A stretch of DNA of 64,000 nucleotides from a virus (lineage: Duplodnaviria; Caudoviricetes): the IMG/VR virus record IMGVR_UViG_2863357390_000001; one strand, given 5' to 3'. Below are positions 1 through 8,691 of the stretch, piece by piece; the first letter of the stretch is position 1, and each line of letters opens with the position of its first letter. The position numbers and the translations under genes were made by a program. The notes beneath the pieces were generated by a model, which did not search any database, was not told where the DNA came from, and saw only the letters and a list, made by a program, of their open reading frames with translations.

Positions 1-3
1 GGG

Positions 4-240
4 GTGAGCTCCGTGCCGGACGGGATACGCCAGCCCGTCCGCCACGACCTCACCACCACAGAACTCGGCGCCCGCCTGCACGTGGTCGAACGCCCGGTCT
101 TCCCGTGCCCCCGGTGCGGCCGGGCCGGGTGGCTGGCCGTGCACCTGCACGGCGTGCGCCGGCCGTGCGGCCACACCCGCAGCCTCCCGCCCCTGACCCC
201 CACACCCGCACACCACCGCCACCACCGAGGAGCAGCATGA
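4..240 (+). CDS. Hypothetical Zn-ribbon-like protein
   Basis: CPRC...CGH motif; ATGA-coupled to the next gene. Confidence 0.5.
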   Translation: MSSVPDGIRQPVRHDLTTTELGARLHVVERPVFPCPRCGRAGWLAVHLHGVRRPCGHTRSLPPLTPTPAHHRHHRGAA

Positions 241-581
241 CCACCGATCCCCTCGCGTACTTCGAGGACGAGACCCTGCCCGACCACTGGTCCAACGGCG
301 ACCTCGCCGCCGAGATCACCAGGAACGACCCCGTCGCAGACGCCCGCGTCGTGTGGATCCTCGCCGCCCGCGTGGCAACGGCCGGCGCGGCGAACACCGA
401 CCCCTTGCACACCCTCCACGACCTCGGCCGCGCCGTCGCCGCGATCACCGTCACGGCCGACGCGATCATCCGAGACCGTTTCGACGACCTCGACGCCGAG
501 GAGACCACCGACTTCCGGTCCACGATCGACCACCTCGTCGCCGCCGCGAAGGGCCTGGACGACTTGTCGGGGTGGTTCTGA
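237..581 (+). CDS. Hypothetical phage protein
   Basis: GAGGAG RBS, ATG at 237, coupled stop/start with the next gene. Confidence 0.7.
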   Translation: MTTDPLAYFEDETLPDHWSNGDLAAEITRNDPVADARVVWILAARVATAGAANTDPLHTLHDLGRAVAAITVTADAIIRDRFDDLDAEETTDFRSTIDHLVAAAKGLDDLSGWF

Positions 582-1111
582 TGGACGCCGCCTCCGCGCG
601 CGGGAACGTCATCGGCCTGGACTTGTCCATCACCGCCACCGGGATCGCCTACCCCGACGGCTCCACCGCCACGGTGAAGACCCGGTCCGCCGACGGCGAC
701 CGCCGTCTGCTGGACATCGTCGTCGCCGTCAATCTCGCCCTCGGCTCCGAGCCCACGCTCGTGGTGATCGAGGACCTCCCGACCCACGCCCACGCCGCCG
801 GGATCACCGGCATGGTCCACGGCGCGGTCCGGGCCGCACTGCTCGACGCGGGCATCCCGTACGTCCTGGTGCCCCCGGCCACGCTCAAGGCGTACGCGAC
901 CGGGAGGGGCAACGCGGACAAGACCGCGATGGCCCTGGCCGCGTTCAAACGCGCCCAGGTCGAGTTCGGCGACGACAACCAGTGCGACGCGTGGTGGCTG
1001 CGCCATGCCGGTCTCGACCACCTCGGCGTCCCGCCGGTCGCGCTGCCCGAAGCCCAGCGGAACAGGCTGTCGGTGCTGCGCTGGCCCGACCTGCCGGCCC
1101 GGGTCGCGTGA
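581..1111 (+). CDS. ruvC: Phage RuvC-like Holliday junction resolvase
   Basis: VIGLDLSITATG, VVIED, LKAYATGRGNADK, DNQCDA acidic RuvC motifs. Confidence 0.9.
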   Translation: MDAASARGNVIGLDLSITATGIAYPDGSTATVKTRSADGDRRLLDIVVAVNLALGSEPTLVVIEDLPTHAHAAGITGMVHGAVRAALLDAGIPYVLVPPATLKAYATGRGNADKTAMALAAFKRAQVEFGDDNQCDAWWLRHAGLDHLGVPPVALPEAQRNRLSVLRWPDLPARVA

Positions 1112-1308
1112 TGAGCTCGGACAACCTGTTCATCCCGAGCGTGCACGCCCGCGTCCACGCGTGGGACCGCGACGACCAGGACGGCTACCTCCAAGACCAG
1201 CGGCACGCGGCCCGGCTGACCGTGGCCCGCCACGCCCACGACCGGGACGACTGCGTGGTCCTGCTCGACATGCTCGGCCTGCTCCCCGACACCAACCCCC
1301 GCCACTGA
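1111..1308 (+). CDS. Small hypothetical protein
   Basis: TGATG coupling to ruvC. Confidence 0.6.
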   Translation: MSSDNLFIPSVHARVHAWDRDDQDGYLQDQRHAARLTVARHAHDRDDCVVLLDMLGLLPDTNPRH

Positions 1309-1321
1309 CAGGAGACACCCC

Positions 1322-1663
1322 GTGACCGTGTTCCGCCGCTACGTGGAAGAGAACGACTGGGAGGGCGAGACCTGGACGTTCTGGCTCCAGGTCGACGGCA
1401 ACGAGGCCGGCCTCGACCGGCTCGCCAGTCTGCTCGCCGACCTCGACCCAAGCAGCCAGTACGACACCGAGGACTCGGAGGAGTCCCCCTACACCCTGGC
1501 CGACGAGGTCGAGCCGGAGCACGTCGTGGACAAGCTCGTCGAGTACTCCGACACCGGCTACATGGCCTCCCACACCAAGGTCCCCGGCCGCCTCGTGCTG
1601 CCCGAGGCGACCGTCGCCGAGACCCTCCACAAGGGCGGGATCAAGGACTTGTTCGTCGCATGA
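1322..1663 (+). CDS. Acidic hypothetical protein
   Basis: AGGAGA RBS, GTG start, coherent codon usage. Confidence 0.7.
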   Translation: MTVFRRYVEENDWEGETWTFWLQVDGNEAGLDRLASLLADLDPSSQYDTEDSEESPYTLADEVEPEHVVDKLVEYSDTGYMASHTKVPGRLVLPEATVAETLHKGGIKDLFVA

Positions 1664-2166
1664 CCGCCGGGACCACCGCGGCCCTGGTGTTCGTCGCGCT
1701 CTACACGGCCCACCACCTGGCCGACCACTGGGTACAGACCGACCACCAAGCCATCCACAAAGGACTCCCCGGTTGGCGGGGACGCCTGGCCTGTGCCCGG
1801 CACGTCGCCACCTACACCCTCACCACCCTCGCCGCCGTCCTGGCCGTGCTCTGGCTGCCGCTGGGCCTGCACGCCACCTGGACCGGCATCGCCGTGGGCC
1901 AGGCCGTGTCGGCGGTCACCCACTACGTGATCGACCGGCGCACCCCGCTGGCCCGACTCGCGCACGCCACCGGCAAAGGCGACTACCACGACCGCGGAAC
2001 CCCACGGCCGCACCGGGTGTTCGCGTACCGGCCGGACGTGGAGGACGACCCGACGGCCGACCTCCCGCTCGACCAGGCCCCGGTGGTGCGGGGCGCGTAC
2101 TTCCTGGACCAGTCTTTGCACATCGCCGTGCTGTTCGCGGCGGCCTTGATCACCGCCCTGCTCTGA
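1660..2166 (+). CDS. DUF3307-like membrane protein
   Basis: HxxADHWVQT, THYVIDRR and DQSLH motifs with hydrophobic helices. Confidence 0.8.
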   Translation: MTAGTTAALVFVALYTAHHLADHWVQTDHQAIHKGLPGWRGRLACARHVATYTLTTLAAVLAVLWLPLGLHATWTGIAVGQAVSAVTHYVIDRRTPLARLAHATGKGDYHDRGTPRPHRVFAYRPDVEDDPTADLPLDQAPVVRGAYFLDQSLHIAVLFAAALITALL

Positions 2167-2191
2167 CCCAACGCACCGAGGAGACCCGCCA

Positions 2192-2824
2192 GTGATCATG
2201 ACCAAGGTGGTGCTGGACCACCGCAACCCGCAGACCGTCGAGGATCTCCGAAACGCCTACCAAATGCACGTCCGCGTCCGGGAGATCGCCGAGGGCCTGC
2301 CCGACCCGGACGGCGGCAGGCTGCTGTGGGGCCTGCACGGCACGACCCTGCTCGTGCAGACCGGAGCGGCGGTGTCCCCGCTCGCCCTGCCCGCCGGGTA
2401 CGCCGTCTCGGTCCACTCCGCGAACCTGGCATCCCGCCTCGACCGGATCACCGCCGGTTCGGTCGTGCGGTGGGCGGTCATCGCCAACCCGACCCGGGCA
2501 CGGGCCAAGGCCACCGCCGTCGGCCCCGACGGCGTCCCGGTGCGCAAGTCGAGGGGCCAGCCCACCCCGGTCGCCCTGGGCGAACGCAACGAGTGGATCA
2601 CCCGCAGGCTCGCCCCGGCACTGGAGATCACCGCGCTGACCGGCAGGCCGCTGCCCGCCGCCGCCGGCACCCAGATCCGCACGAGGCACCGCGTGCACCA
2701 CTCCCGGCACCTGTGGCAGGGCACCGCGACCGTGGCCGACCCGGACGTCCTGCGCGGTCTGGTGTCGTCCGGGATCGGCCACGGCAAGGCGTTCGGCTGC
2801 GGCCTGCTGCTGGTGGCGTCGTGA
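2192..2824 (+). CDS. cas6e: Type I-E-like Cas6e (Cse3/CasE) crRNA-processing endonuclease
   Basis: N-terminal AYQMH, IANPT, C-terminal G-loop GIGHGKAFGCGLLLV. Confidence 0.9.
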   Translation: MIMTKVVLDHRNPQTVEDLRNAYQMHVRVREIAEGLPDPDGGRLLWGLHGTTLLVQTGAAVSPLALPAGYAVSVHSANLASRLDRITAGSVVRWAVIANPTRARAKATAVGPDGVPVRKSRGQPTPVALGERNEWITRRLAPALEITALTGRPLPAAAGTQIRTRHRVHHSRHLWQGTATVADPDVLRGLVSSGIGHGKAFGCGLLLVAS

Positions 2825-3579
2825 CCTCGCCGACCCGACTCGTCTGGGGACTGGCCGGACACCCCGAGCCGACCGGGGCCGTCGCGAACCTGTTCGCCGA
2901 CCGGCCCGGGATGTGCGTGATGTGCGGGCTGTCCGCCGACCGCACCGCCGACGCCGCCCGTGCGACCGGCGCGAACTTCACCGACCAGTACCTGTACCGC
3001 CGGCCGGACTCGGACCGGATCTGCCCGGCGTGCGTGTGGTGCTGCTCGGGGAAACCCCCGGCGACGCTGCGCATGTGGACGGTCGTCGCCGCGATCGGCG
3101 CGACCCTGCCCGACAACCACCCCAAGTGCTGGCTGCCCAGCCAACCAGGTTTGTGCCTGACCAACCGGGCCGCGCCCGGTGTCGTCGCCGACATCCTCGC
3201 CGCCCCACCGGAGGGGGCGTGGCTGGTCACCGTCGCGACCTCCGGGCAGAAACACGTCCTGCCCTACGGGAAAGTCAACCACGGCGGTCCCGAGTGGACG
3301 GTCCGAATGGAGAACACCACGATCACCTCCAACGCCCCCACGTGGCGCCGCGTCCTGGGCCACGCCGCCACACTGCGCGCGGCCCGCCACACCGGCGACG
3401 ACCTCGCCGCCGGGCGGCCCACCCTCGCCGCGATCCGCACCGCCGACGACCTCGACACGTGGAACCACCACCACGCCGGACTCGCCGACCACGTCGGCTC
3501 ACCACTACTCGACCTAGCCCTCTGGTGCCTGACCAAGGAGACGATCCATGACCACGCCCACGCCGCCCCCGTCGCCTGA
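2821..3579 (+). CDS. csf1: Type IV Csf1 (Cas8-like) subunit
   Basis: Zn-finger CVMCG...CPACVWC and SGQKHVL motif; first gene of the IV-B order. Confidence 0.8.
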   Translation: MTSPTRLVWGLAGHPEPTGAVANLFADRPGMCVMCGLSADRTADAARATGANFTDQYLYRRPDSDRICPACVWCCSGKPPATLRMWTVVAAIGATLPDNHPKCWLPSQPGLCLTNRAAPGVVADILAAPPEGAWLVTVATSGQKHVLPYGKVNHGGPEWTVRMENTTITSNAPTWRRVLGHAATLRAARHTGDDLAAGRPTLAAIRTADDLDTWNHHHAGLADHVGSPLLDLALWCLTKETIHDHAHAAPVA

Positions 3580-3907
3580 CGAGCTGATCCAGGCCACCGT
3601 CGCCTGGCTCAACGCGCTGCTCGACTCGGCCTCGGCCGACGTGCTCGGCGTCGCCCACTACTGGGACCGCGCCCAGTCCGCGCTGATCACCGCCGCCACC
3701 GCCGACACGGTCGGGGAGGCGGTCACCACCGCCGCCCGCAAACTCCAGATCGAGACCACCCAGGCCCGCACCGACACCGCGCTGCTGGAGGCGTGCGCGG
3801 TGATCGCCGCCGACTACCCCGCCTGGCAGGCGAGGGTGGAACGCGAAGCCGTCTACCTCGTCGCCCTCGCCCGTGTCGCCCGCACCGCCCGGAAGGCCAC
3901 CCGATGA
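3548..3907 (+). CDS. cas11: Type IV-B small subunit (Cas11-like)
   Basis: Small all-helical protein (YWDR...ARKLQI) between csf1 and csf2. Confidence 0.75.
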   Translation: MTTPTPPPSPDELIQATVAWLNALLDSASADVLGVAHYWDRAQSALITAATADTVGEAVTTAARKLQIETTQARTDTALLEACAVIAADYPAWQARVEREAVYLVALARVARTARKATR

Positions 3908-4794
3908 CCACCACGCTGACGATCCCGTTCACCGCCACCCTGGTGGCGCCGCTGCACCACGGCGCCGGCACCGCCGGCAACACCAGCCTCATCCGCACCC
4001 AGCGGATGGTCCGCCCCGACGGCACCGTAGCGCAGGTGCCGTTCGTGTCCGGGAACTCGCTGCGCCACGGCCTGCGCGCCGGCCTGGCCTGGCACGCCGT
4101 GCGCACCCTGGGCGTCGAGGACGGCGGCCTGTCCAAGGCCGTGGTCGACCTGCTGTGGTCCGGCGGCGCGATCACCCGCACCGGCTCCCAGACCGACCTC
4201 GCGCTGCTGCGCCGGGTCGAGCACCTGTACCCGCCGCTCGCCCTGATGGGGTACAGCGCCGCGGCCGACATGACCGCGGGCACCCTCGCCGTCGACCAGC
4301 TGCACCTGGTCTGCGCCGAGAACGCGTGGCGGCTGCCCGGGCGGCTGGCCGGCGACCCACGCGCCGCACGGCCGGCGTCGGCGTTCCGCGGCGAGGAATT
4401 CGGGACTCGCCACGACGTCGCCGGGACCCCGGTCGACCGGTACACCGCGCTGGCCGACGAGCTGGTCCCCACCACCACCCAGATGATCTACGAGCACCAG
4501 GTCGTGCTGCCCGGTGCCGCCCTGTACGGCGGGCTCGTGCTGACCCCGGCGGCCACCGACGCACAGCTCAGGGTCCTGCTCGTCGCCCTCGACGAGATCA
4601 TGCCCGCCGACCGGGACGGCGTCCGCGTCCTGCAACTTGCCGCGAAGCGCGGCGTCGGCTACGGCACCTGCCGGGTCGACCTCGACCTGCCGGACGGCCT
4701 GCCCACCCCCGCCGACGCCCGCGCCTGGTGGGAAGCCCACCTCGTCGAGCACGCCGAGGAGATCACCGCCCTGTGGCAGGAGATCGTCGCGTGA
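3904..4794 (+). CDS. csf2: Type IV Csf2 (Cas7-like backbone RAMP)
   Basis: TLVAPLHHG, VPFVSGNSLRHGLR, LLWSGG, G-rich AKRGVGYG. Confidence 0.9.
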   Translation: MTTTLTIPFTATLVAPLHHGAGTAGNTSLIRTQRMVRPDGTVAQVPFVSGNSLRHGLRAGLAWHAVRTLGVEDGGLSKAVVDLLWSGGAITRTGSQTDLALLRRVEHLYPPLALMGYSAAADMTAGTLAVDQLHLVCAENAWRLPGRLAGDPRAARPASAFRGEEFGTRHDVAGTPVDRYTALADELVPTTTQMIYEHQVVLPGAALYGGLVLTPAATDAQLRVLLVALDEIMPADRDGVRVLQLAAKRGVGYGTCRVDLDLPDGLPTPADARAWWEAHLVEHAEEITALWQEIVA

Positions 4795-5504
4795 GCCCGG
4801 TCGTCCCCGCCGGCACCGTGGTCGACACCACCGACGACCCGCGCTGGCAGCCACTGGTCGTCACCGCGACCCTGACCGAGCCGGTCGTCGGCCTGGACTC
4901 GCAGCCGCTGTGCCTGGACGGGCCGCTGGCGTGGTGCGCCGCGCAGCTCGCCCTGGCCGACGAGGCCGGCCTGCCGCCGCTGCGGCACGACTGGGCACCC
5001 GACCTCGCCCTGCCCCTGGCCACGTGGACCGCCGCGCCCTCCCGGCCCGACACCGACTCGCGGCTGCGCGCCGCCGACGGCGAACGGGTGTGGGGGTGGG
5101 CGTGCTCGGCCGCGTCGTGGACCGCGCTCGGCCACACCACCGTCGAGATCCGCCGCCGTCCCCCGGTCGGAGAGATGGCCCGGTTCACCGCGGACGGCAA
5201 GCACCACTCCGGGTTGGGCCCGTACAAGGCCCGGGACACGCCGATGGCCGCGACCTGGGTCGACACGGTCGTCTGGCACGCCCTGGGCGACCCCGACGCC
5301 GTCGCCGGGCTGCTCGCCCACCTGGGACACCTGGGCCGGGCGACCCGGCACGGCCACGGCCGCATCCAGACGATCACCGTCGAACCCGGCCGGGACCGGG
5401 ACGCGTGGCGGTCCCGGCCGCTGCCCGACCCGACCGGCCCGGCCGGGTCGATCCGCGCCCCCTACCACCACCACTCCCGGAGGATGCCGTGCCGCACCCC
5501 GTGA
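4791..5504 (+). CDS. csf3: Type IV Csf3 (Cas5-like RAMP)
   Basis: LDGPLAW, WACS, G-loop LGRATRHGHGRI. Confidence 0.85.
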   Translation: MSPVVPAGTVVDTTDDPRWQPLVVTATLTEPVVGLDSQPLCLDGPLAWCAAQLALADEAGLPPLRHDWAPDLALPLATWTAAPSRPDTDSRLRAADGERVWGWACSAASWTALGHTTVEIRRRPPVGEMARFTADGKHHSGLGPYKARDTPMAATWVDTVVWHALGDPDAVAGLLAHLGHLGRATRHGHGRIQTITVEPGRDRDAWRSRPLPDPTGPAGSIRAPYHHHSRRMPCRTP

Positions 5505-6394
5505 TCGCCTGGGACGGGCAGCCGGTCGGCGACCGCTACCCGGCGATGGACGTCGTCCCCGGCGTGCTGCCCTGGTCCACCCTGGACCAGGACTCCCGGC
5601 CGTGGCAGGACCGCAAGAAGCACTGGCACGACCTGGGCGTCCGCGACACCACGCCCCGCGACCACGCCGCGGGGATGATGACCACCGGACGGCACGGCGC
5701 CCTCTCGGGCGGGGTGTCGCGGTTCGACCCGGTGCTCGCCGAGGTCCTGTACCGGTGGTACTGCCCGCCGGGCGGGCGGGTGCTCGACCCGTGCGCGGGC
5801 GGACCCGTACGCGGCCTGGTCGCCTCCCACCTGGGCCTGGAGTACGTCGGCGTCGACCTGGACGCCGACCAGGTCGACGCGAACACCGCCGTCGCGGCGG
5901 GTTCGCCGTACCCGTCCCCGGCCTGGTTCGCCGGGGACGCGCTGACCTACGCCTGGCCGGTCTCCGACGGGGACGCGGACATGGTGCTGACCTGCCCGCC
6001 CTACCACGACCGGGAGCGCTACTCCGACGACCCCCGCGACCTGTCCACCATGGACTGGCCCGCGTTCCTCGACGCCCACCGCGCCGTGGTCGGCCGGGCC
6101 GCCGCGGCGCTGCGCGAGGACCGGTTCCTCGCGTGGGTGATCTCCGACGTCCGCGACCGGCACGGCCACCTGCGCGGCCTGCCCCGCCACGCCTGGCAGC
6201 ACCTGGAGGACGCCGGACTGCACGTCGTCAACGAGCACGTGCTGCGTGCCCCGGTCGGCACCGCGCACAAACGCATGCGCCCGCCGTGGCAGGCGTGCCG
6301 CACCGCGACCCGCCGCCACCAGATCGTCCTGGTCGCGGTCAAGGGCGACCGGCGTGCCGCGACCCGCGCCGTGTCCGGGGGTGGCGGGTGCTGA
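5501..6394 (+). CDS. Phage-type N4C/N6A DNA methyltransferase
   Basis: FDPVLAE, SAM-binding VLDPCAGG, catalytic TCPPY followed by ERYSDDPRDLS. Confidence 0.85.
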   Translation: MIAWDGQPVGDRYPAMDVVPGVLPWSTLDQDSRPWQDRKKHWHDLGVRDTTPRDHAAGMMTTGRHGALSGGVSRFDPVLAEVLYRWYCPPGGRVLDPCAGGPVRGLVASHLGLEYVGVDLDADQVDANTAVAAGSPYPSPAWFAGDALTYAWPVSDGDADMVLTCPPYHDRERYSDDPRDLSTMDWPAFLDAHRAVVGRAAAALREDRFLAWVISDVRDRHGHLRGLPRHAWQHLEDAGLHVVNEHVLRAPVGTAHKRMRPPWQACRTATRRHQIVLVAVKGDRRAATRAVSGGGGC

Positions 6395-7161
6395 TCGACT
6401 CGACCCGGATCACCGACCGCGACCGCGACCACTGGGACGCGCTGGAGCGCTACGACCGGATGCTCGCCGCCGACCCGGCCCTGGACCGCAAGGCCGAGAG
6501 CGCCGTCGCCGAGGTCCGGGCGTTCCTGGACGCGGGCGAGGCGTACGTGTCGGTGTCCTGGGGCAAGGACTCCGTCGTCGTCGCCCACCTGGCAGCCCTG
6601 GCCGAGCTGACGGTCCGGGTGGTGTGGGTCCGGTCGGTCCTGTTCGAGACCCCCGAGTGCGACGCGGTGCGCGACGCGTTCCTCGACGCCCACCCGCAGG
6701 TGCGCTACGAGGAGATCGCGGTCGAAATGCGGAACCCGAAACGCGGCGAACCGGGCTACGACACCCGGCACGCCGACCCGCACGCCGACCACCAGGACGT
6801 CCTCCGGGAGACCCTGACCGGCCGGTGGATCTCCGGGCTGCGCGGCGAGGAGTCCCGGATGCGCCGCATGTCCATCGCCCACCGGGGCCTGTCCACGAAG
6901 AACACGTGCCGGCCGATCGGCCGGTGGGACGCCACGCACGTGTTCGCCTACCTGTGGCGCGAGAAACTCCCGGTGCACCCGGTGTACGCGATGACCGCCG
7001 GCGGACACTACGACCGCCGCTGGCTGCGGGTGCACCCGCTGGGGTCGGCACCCCCGGCCCGGTCCGCCGTGCACGGCCGGGACATGGACTCGTGGGAGGA
7101 CGCCTACTACGGGGACGTGCTCGCCGCCGCGAGGCAGGCCCGCGCCCACCTGTGGCGGTGA
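6388..7161 (+). CDS. CysH-like (PAPS reductase / PP-loop) protein, type IV-B associated
   Basis: PP-loop VSWGKDS, GLRGEESRMR, PIGRW...VFAYL. Confidence 0.85.
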   Translation: MLIDSTRITDRDRDHWDALERYDRMLAADPALDRKAESAVAEVRAFLDAGEAYVSVSWGKDSVVVAHLAALAELTVRVVWVRSVLFETPECDAVRDAFLDAHPQVRYEEIAVEMRNPKRGEPGYDTRHADPHADHQDVLRETLTGRWISGLRGEESRMRRMSIAHRGLSTKNTCRPIGRWDATHVFAYLWREKLPVHPVYAMTAGGHYDRRWLRVHPLGSAPPARSAVHGRDMDSWEDAYYGDVLAAARQARAHLWR

Positions 7162-7174
7162 CCGGCTGAACGAC

Positions 7175-7207
7175 CAACGCCCCGCCCGACAACCGGGCGG
7201 GGCGTTG
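7175..7207. terminator. Intrinsic terminator closing the cas operon
   Basis: 13-bp inverted repeat CAACGCCCCGCCC/GGGCGGGGCGTTG between convergent genes. Confidence 0.8.
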
Positions 7208-7224
7208 CGCACGCCGGCGGAAGC

Positions 7225-7686
7225 TCAGGGGCCGTCGGGGTAGACGACGGCGCGGAGTGCCGCGGCACCGATCCTGTAGATGGCCTCGGCCGCGTCGTCG
7301 CTGTGGTCGATCCACCAGCGGGCATCGGTCCGACCGGTCAGCACCTCGCGCATGGCGTCGATCCAGACGTCGCAGAACGCCGGGGTGAATCCGTTGACGC
7401 CGATCGACGCGACCAGCTCTTCGACGTGGCGTTCGACAGCGGGCGCGGCCCTGCCTCGGATGGCTTCGGCCCAGGCGATCTGTTTGGTGCTGCCGGTGAG
7501 CGGGGGCAGGTCGAGGTCGGCGGTGACCCGGGCGCCGGCGCGGTGTTCGGCGGCGGTGTGGCAGGCGAGGCAGGCGCGGCGTTCCTGGCGGCGGACTTCG
7601 CCGCGGTGTTGGTTGCGGACGTTGGTGCCGGTGATGTTGATGGTGTCCTCGTGTCCGCAGGTGCGGGTGATCGTGTACTGGGCCAT
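7225..7686 (-). CDS. Hypothetical phage protein
   Basis: CGH...CLAC and LTGSTKQIAWAEAIR motif; GGAGG RBS. Confidence 0.75.
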   Translation of the reverse strand: MAQYTITRTCGHEDTINITGTNVRNQHRGEVRRQERRACLACHTAAEHRAGARVTADLDLPPLTGSTKQIAWAEAIRGRAAPAVERHVEELVASIGVNGFTPAFCDVWIDAMREVLTGRTDARWWIDHSDDAAEAIYRIGAAALRAVVYPDGP

Positions 7687-7709
7687 GGTGTCCTCCGTCG
7701 CTCACCCAA

Positions 7710-7754
7710 ACCGTACAAGTCATGCTTGCAATACACAAGTGGTGCTTGTACGGT
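7710..7754. promoter_or_regulatory. Palindromic divergent promoter pair
   Basis: + strand TTGCAA-17-TACGGT with ATG 6 nt later; - strand TTGTGT-17-TACGGT; 10-bp inverted repeat. Confidence 0.75.
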
Positions 7755-7760
7755 CGTGCC

Positions 7761-8345
7761 ATGCGATTCGACACCACCCGCCCCGCCGCCGCCTCGCCCC
7801 AGCACTACCACGCCACCCCACCCGAACGACCGTTGCCCGAGTACGCCGAGCTGACCGACGACGAGTTCACGGCGCTGTACCGCGACACCCTCGGCCAGGG
7901 CGAAGCCCCCGCCGAGTACTTCGCCGCCGAGCTGCTCCGCCGATTCCCCGGCCTGCAGTTCGCCCACCGCCAGTACAAGGACTCGTTTCGCCGCGACATG
8001 GACGAAACCACCGCGACCGAGAAGGCCGCCGGCACGTGGAACGTGATGAAGGTCGTCCCGGTCGAGCCGTCGGAGCAGACGCAGCGACTCGCCGAGGCGT
8101 TCGCCGCGCTGGTCCGGGCGACCGCCTACGACGACGACACCAGCCTGCGCGCCCGACCCACCATCACCCTCGACGAGATCCTGGAACGCGCGCAGATCAA
8201 GCGCGACACCTGGCACGGCTACATCAGCCGCGGGCAGGTCGGCGGCAGGATCGGCCACGACTGGCACACCGGAGAGCCGGTATGGGACCGGGACGTGGTC
8301 GAGTACTGGATGCGCCGGCGCCGTACCCCGGCCCGCAGCCGGTAG
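7761..8345 (+). CDS. Protein with C-terminal AlpA/MerR-like HTH, probably leaderless
   Basis: ITLDEILERAQIKRDTWHGYISRGQ...VWDRDVVEYW. Confidence 0.7.
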   Translation: MRFDTTRPAAASPQHYHATPPERPLPEYAELTDDEFTALYRDTLGQGEAPAEYFAAELLRRFPGLQFAHRQYKDSFRRDMDETTATEKAAGTWNVMKVVPVEPSEQTQRLAEAFAALVRATAYDDDTSLRARPTITLDEILERAQIKRDTWHGYISRGQVGGRIGHDWHTGEPVWDRDVVEYWMRRRRTPARSR

Positions 8346-8365
8346 CCGCGCCCGCGAACAGACCT

Positions 8366-8395
8366 GTGCCCCGCCACCTCCGGGTGGCGGGGCAC
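8366..8395. terminator. Intrinsic terminator
   Basis: 13-bp perfect stem followed by TTT. Confidence 0.8.
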
Positions 8396-8414
8396 TTTCG
8401 CTCGTCCCGATCCG

Positions 8415-8660
8415 TCAGTCGAGGGTGTCGCGCACCGATTCGGCGTGCTGGCGTGCCGACTGCTCGGCAACACTCGTCAGCCCGCCTCCGATAGCCGAGG
8501 CTTCGGCGTTCGTCAGCGAGATGGTGGCCCACTGCCCCCCGGCGTCGGAAATCCGAAGCCGCACGTCACCGCCGGCTTCGGGTGTGACCGAGAATTCGAT
8601 CGGGCCTTTCCACAAGACAGGGCAGCTCGGCGGCCCGTATGGCCGTGGCGTGTCGCACAT
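8415..8660 (-). CDS. Small hypothetical protein
   Basis: AGGAGG RBS before ATG. Confidence 0.6.
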   Translation of the reverse strand: MCDTPRPYGPPSCPVLWKGPIEFSVTPEAGGDVRLRISDAGGQWATISLTNAEASAIGGGLTSVAEQSARQHAESVRDTLD

Positions 8661-8691
8661 GGCGTCCTCCTGGTCCGAATCGGTCGTGCGG

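Noticed and set aside
6388-7161. True sulfate-assimilation cysH
   Set aside because: No other cys genes are present; the context is a csf operon in a phage.
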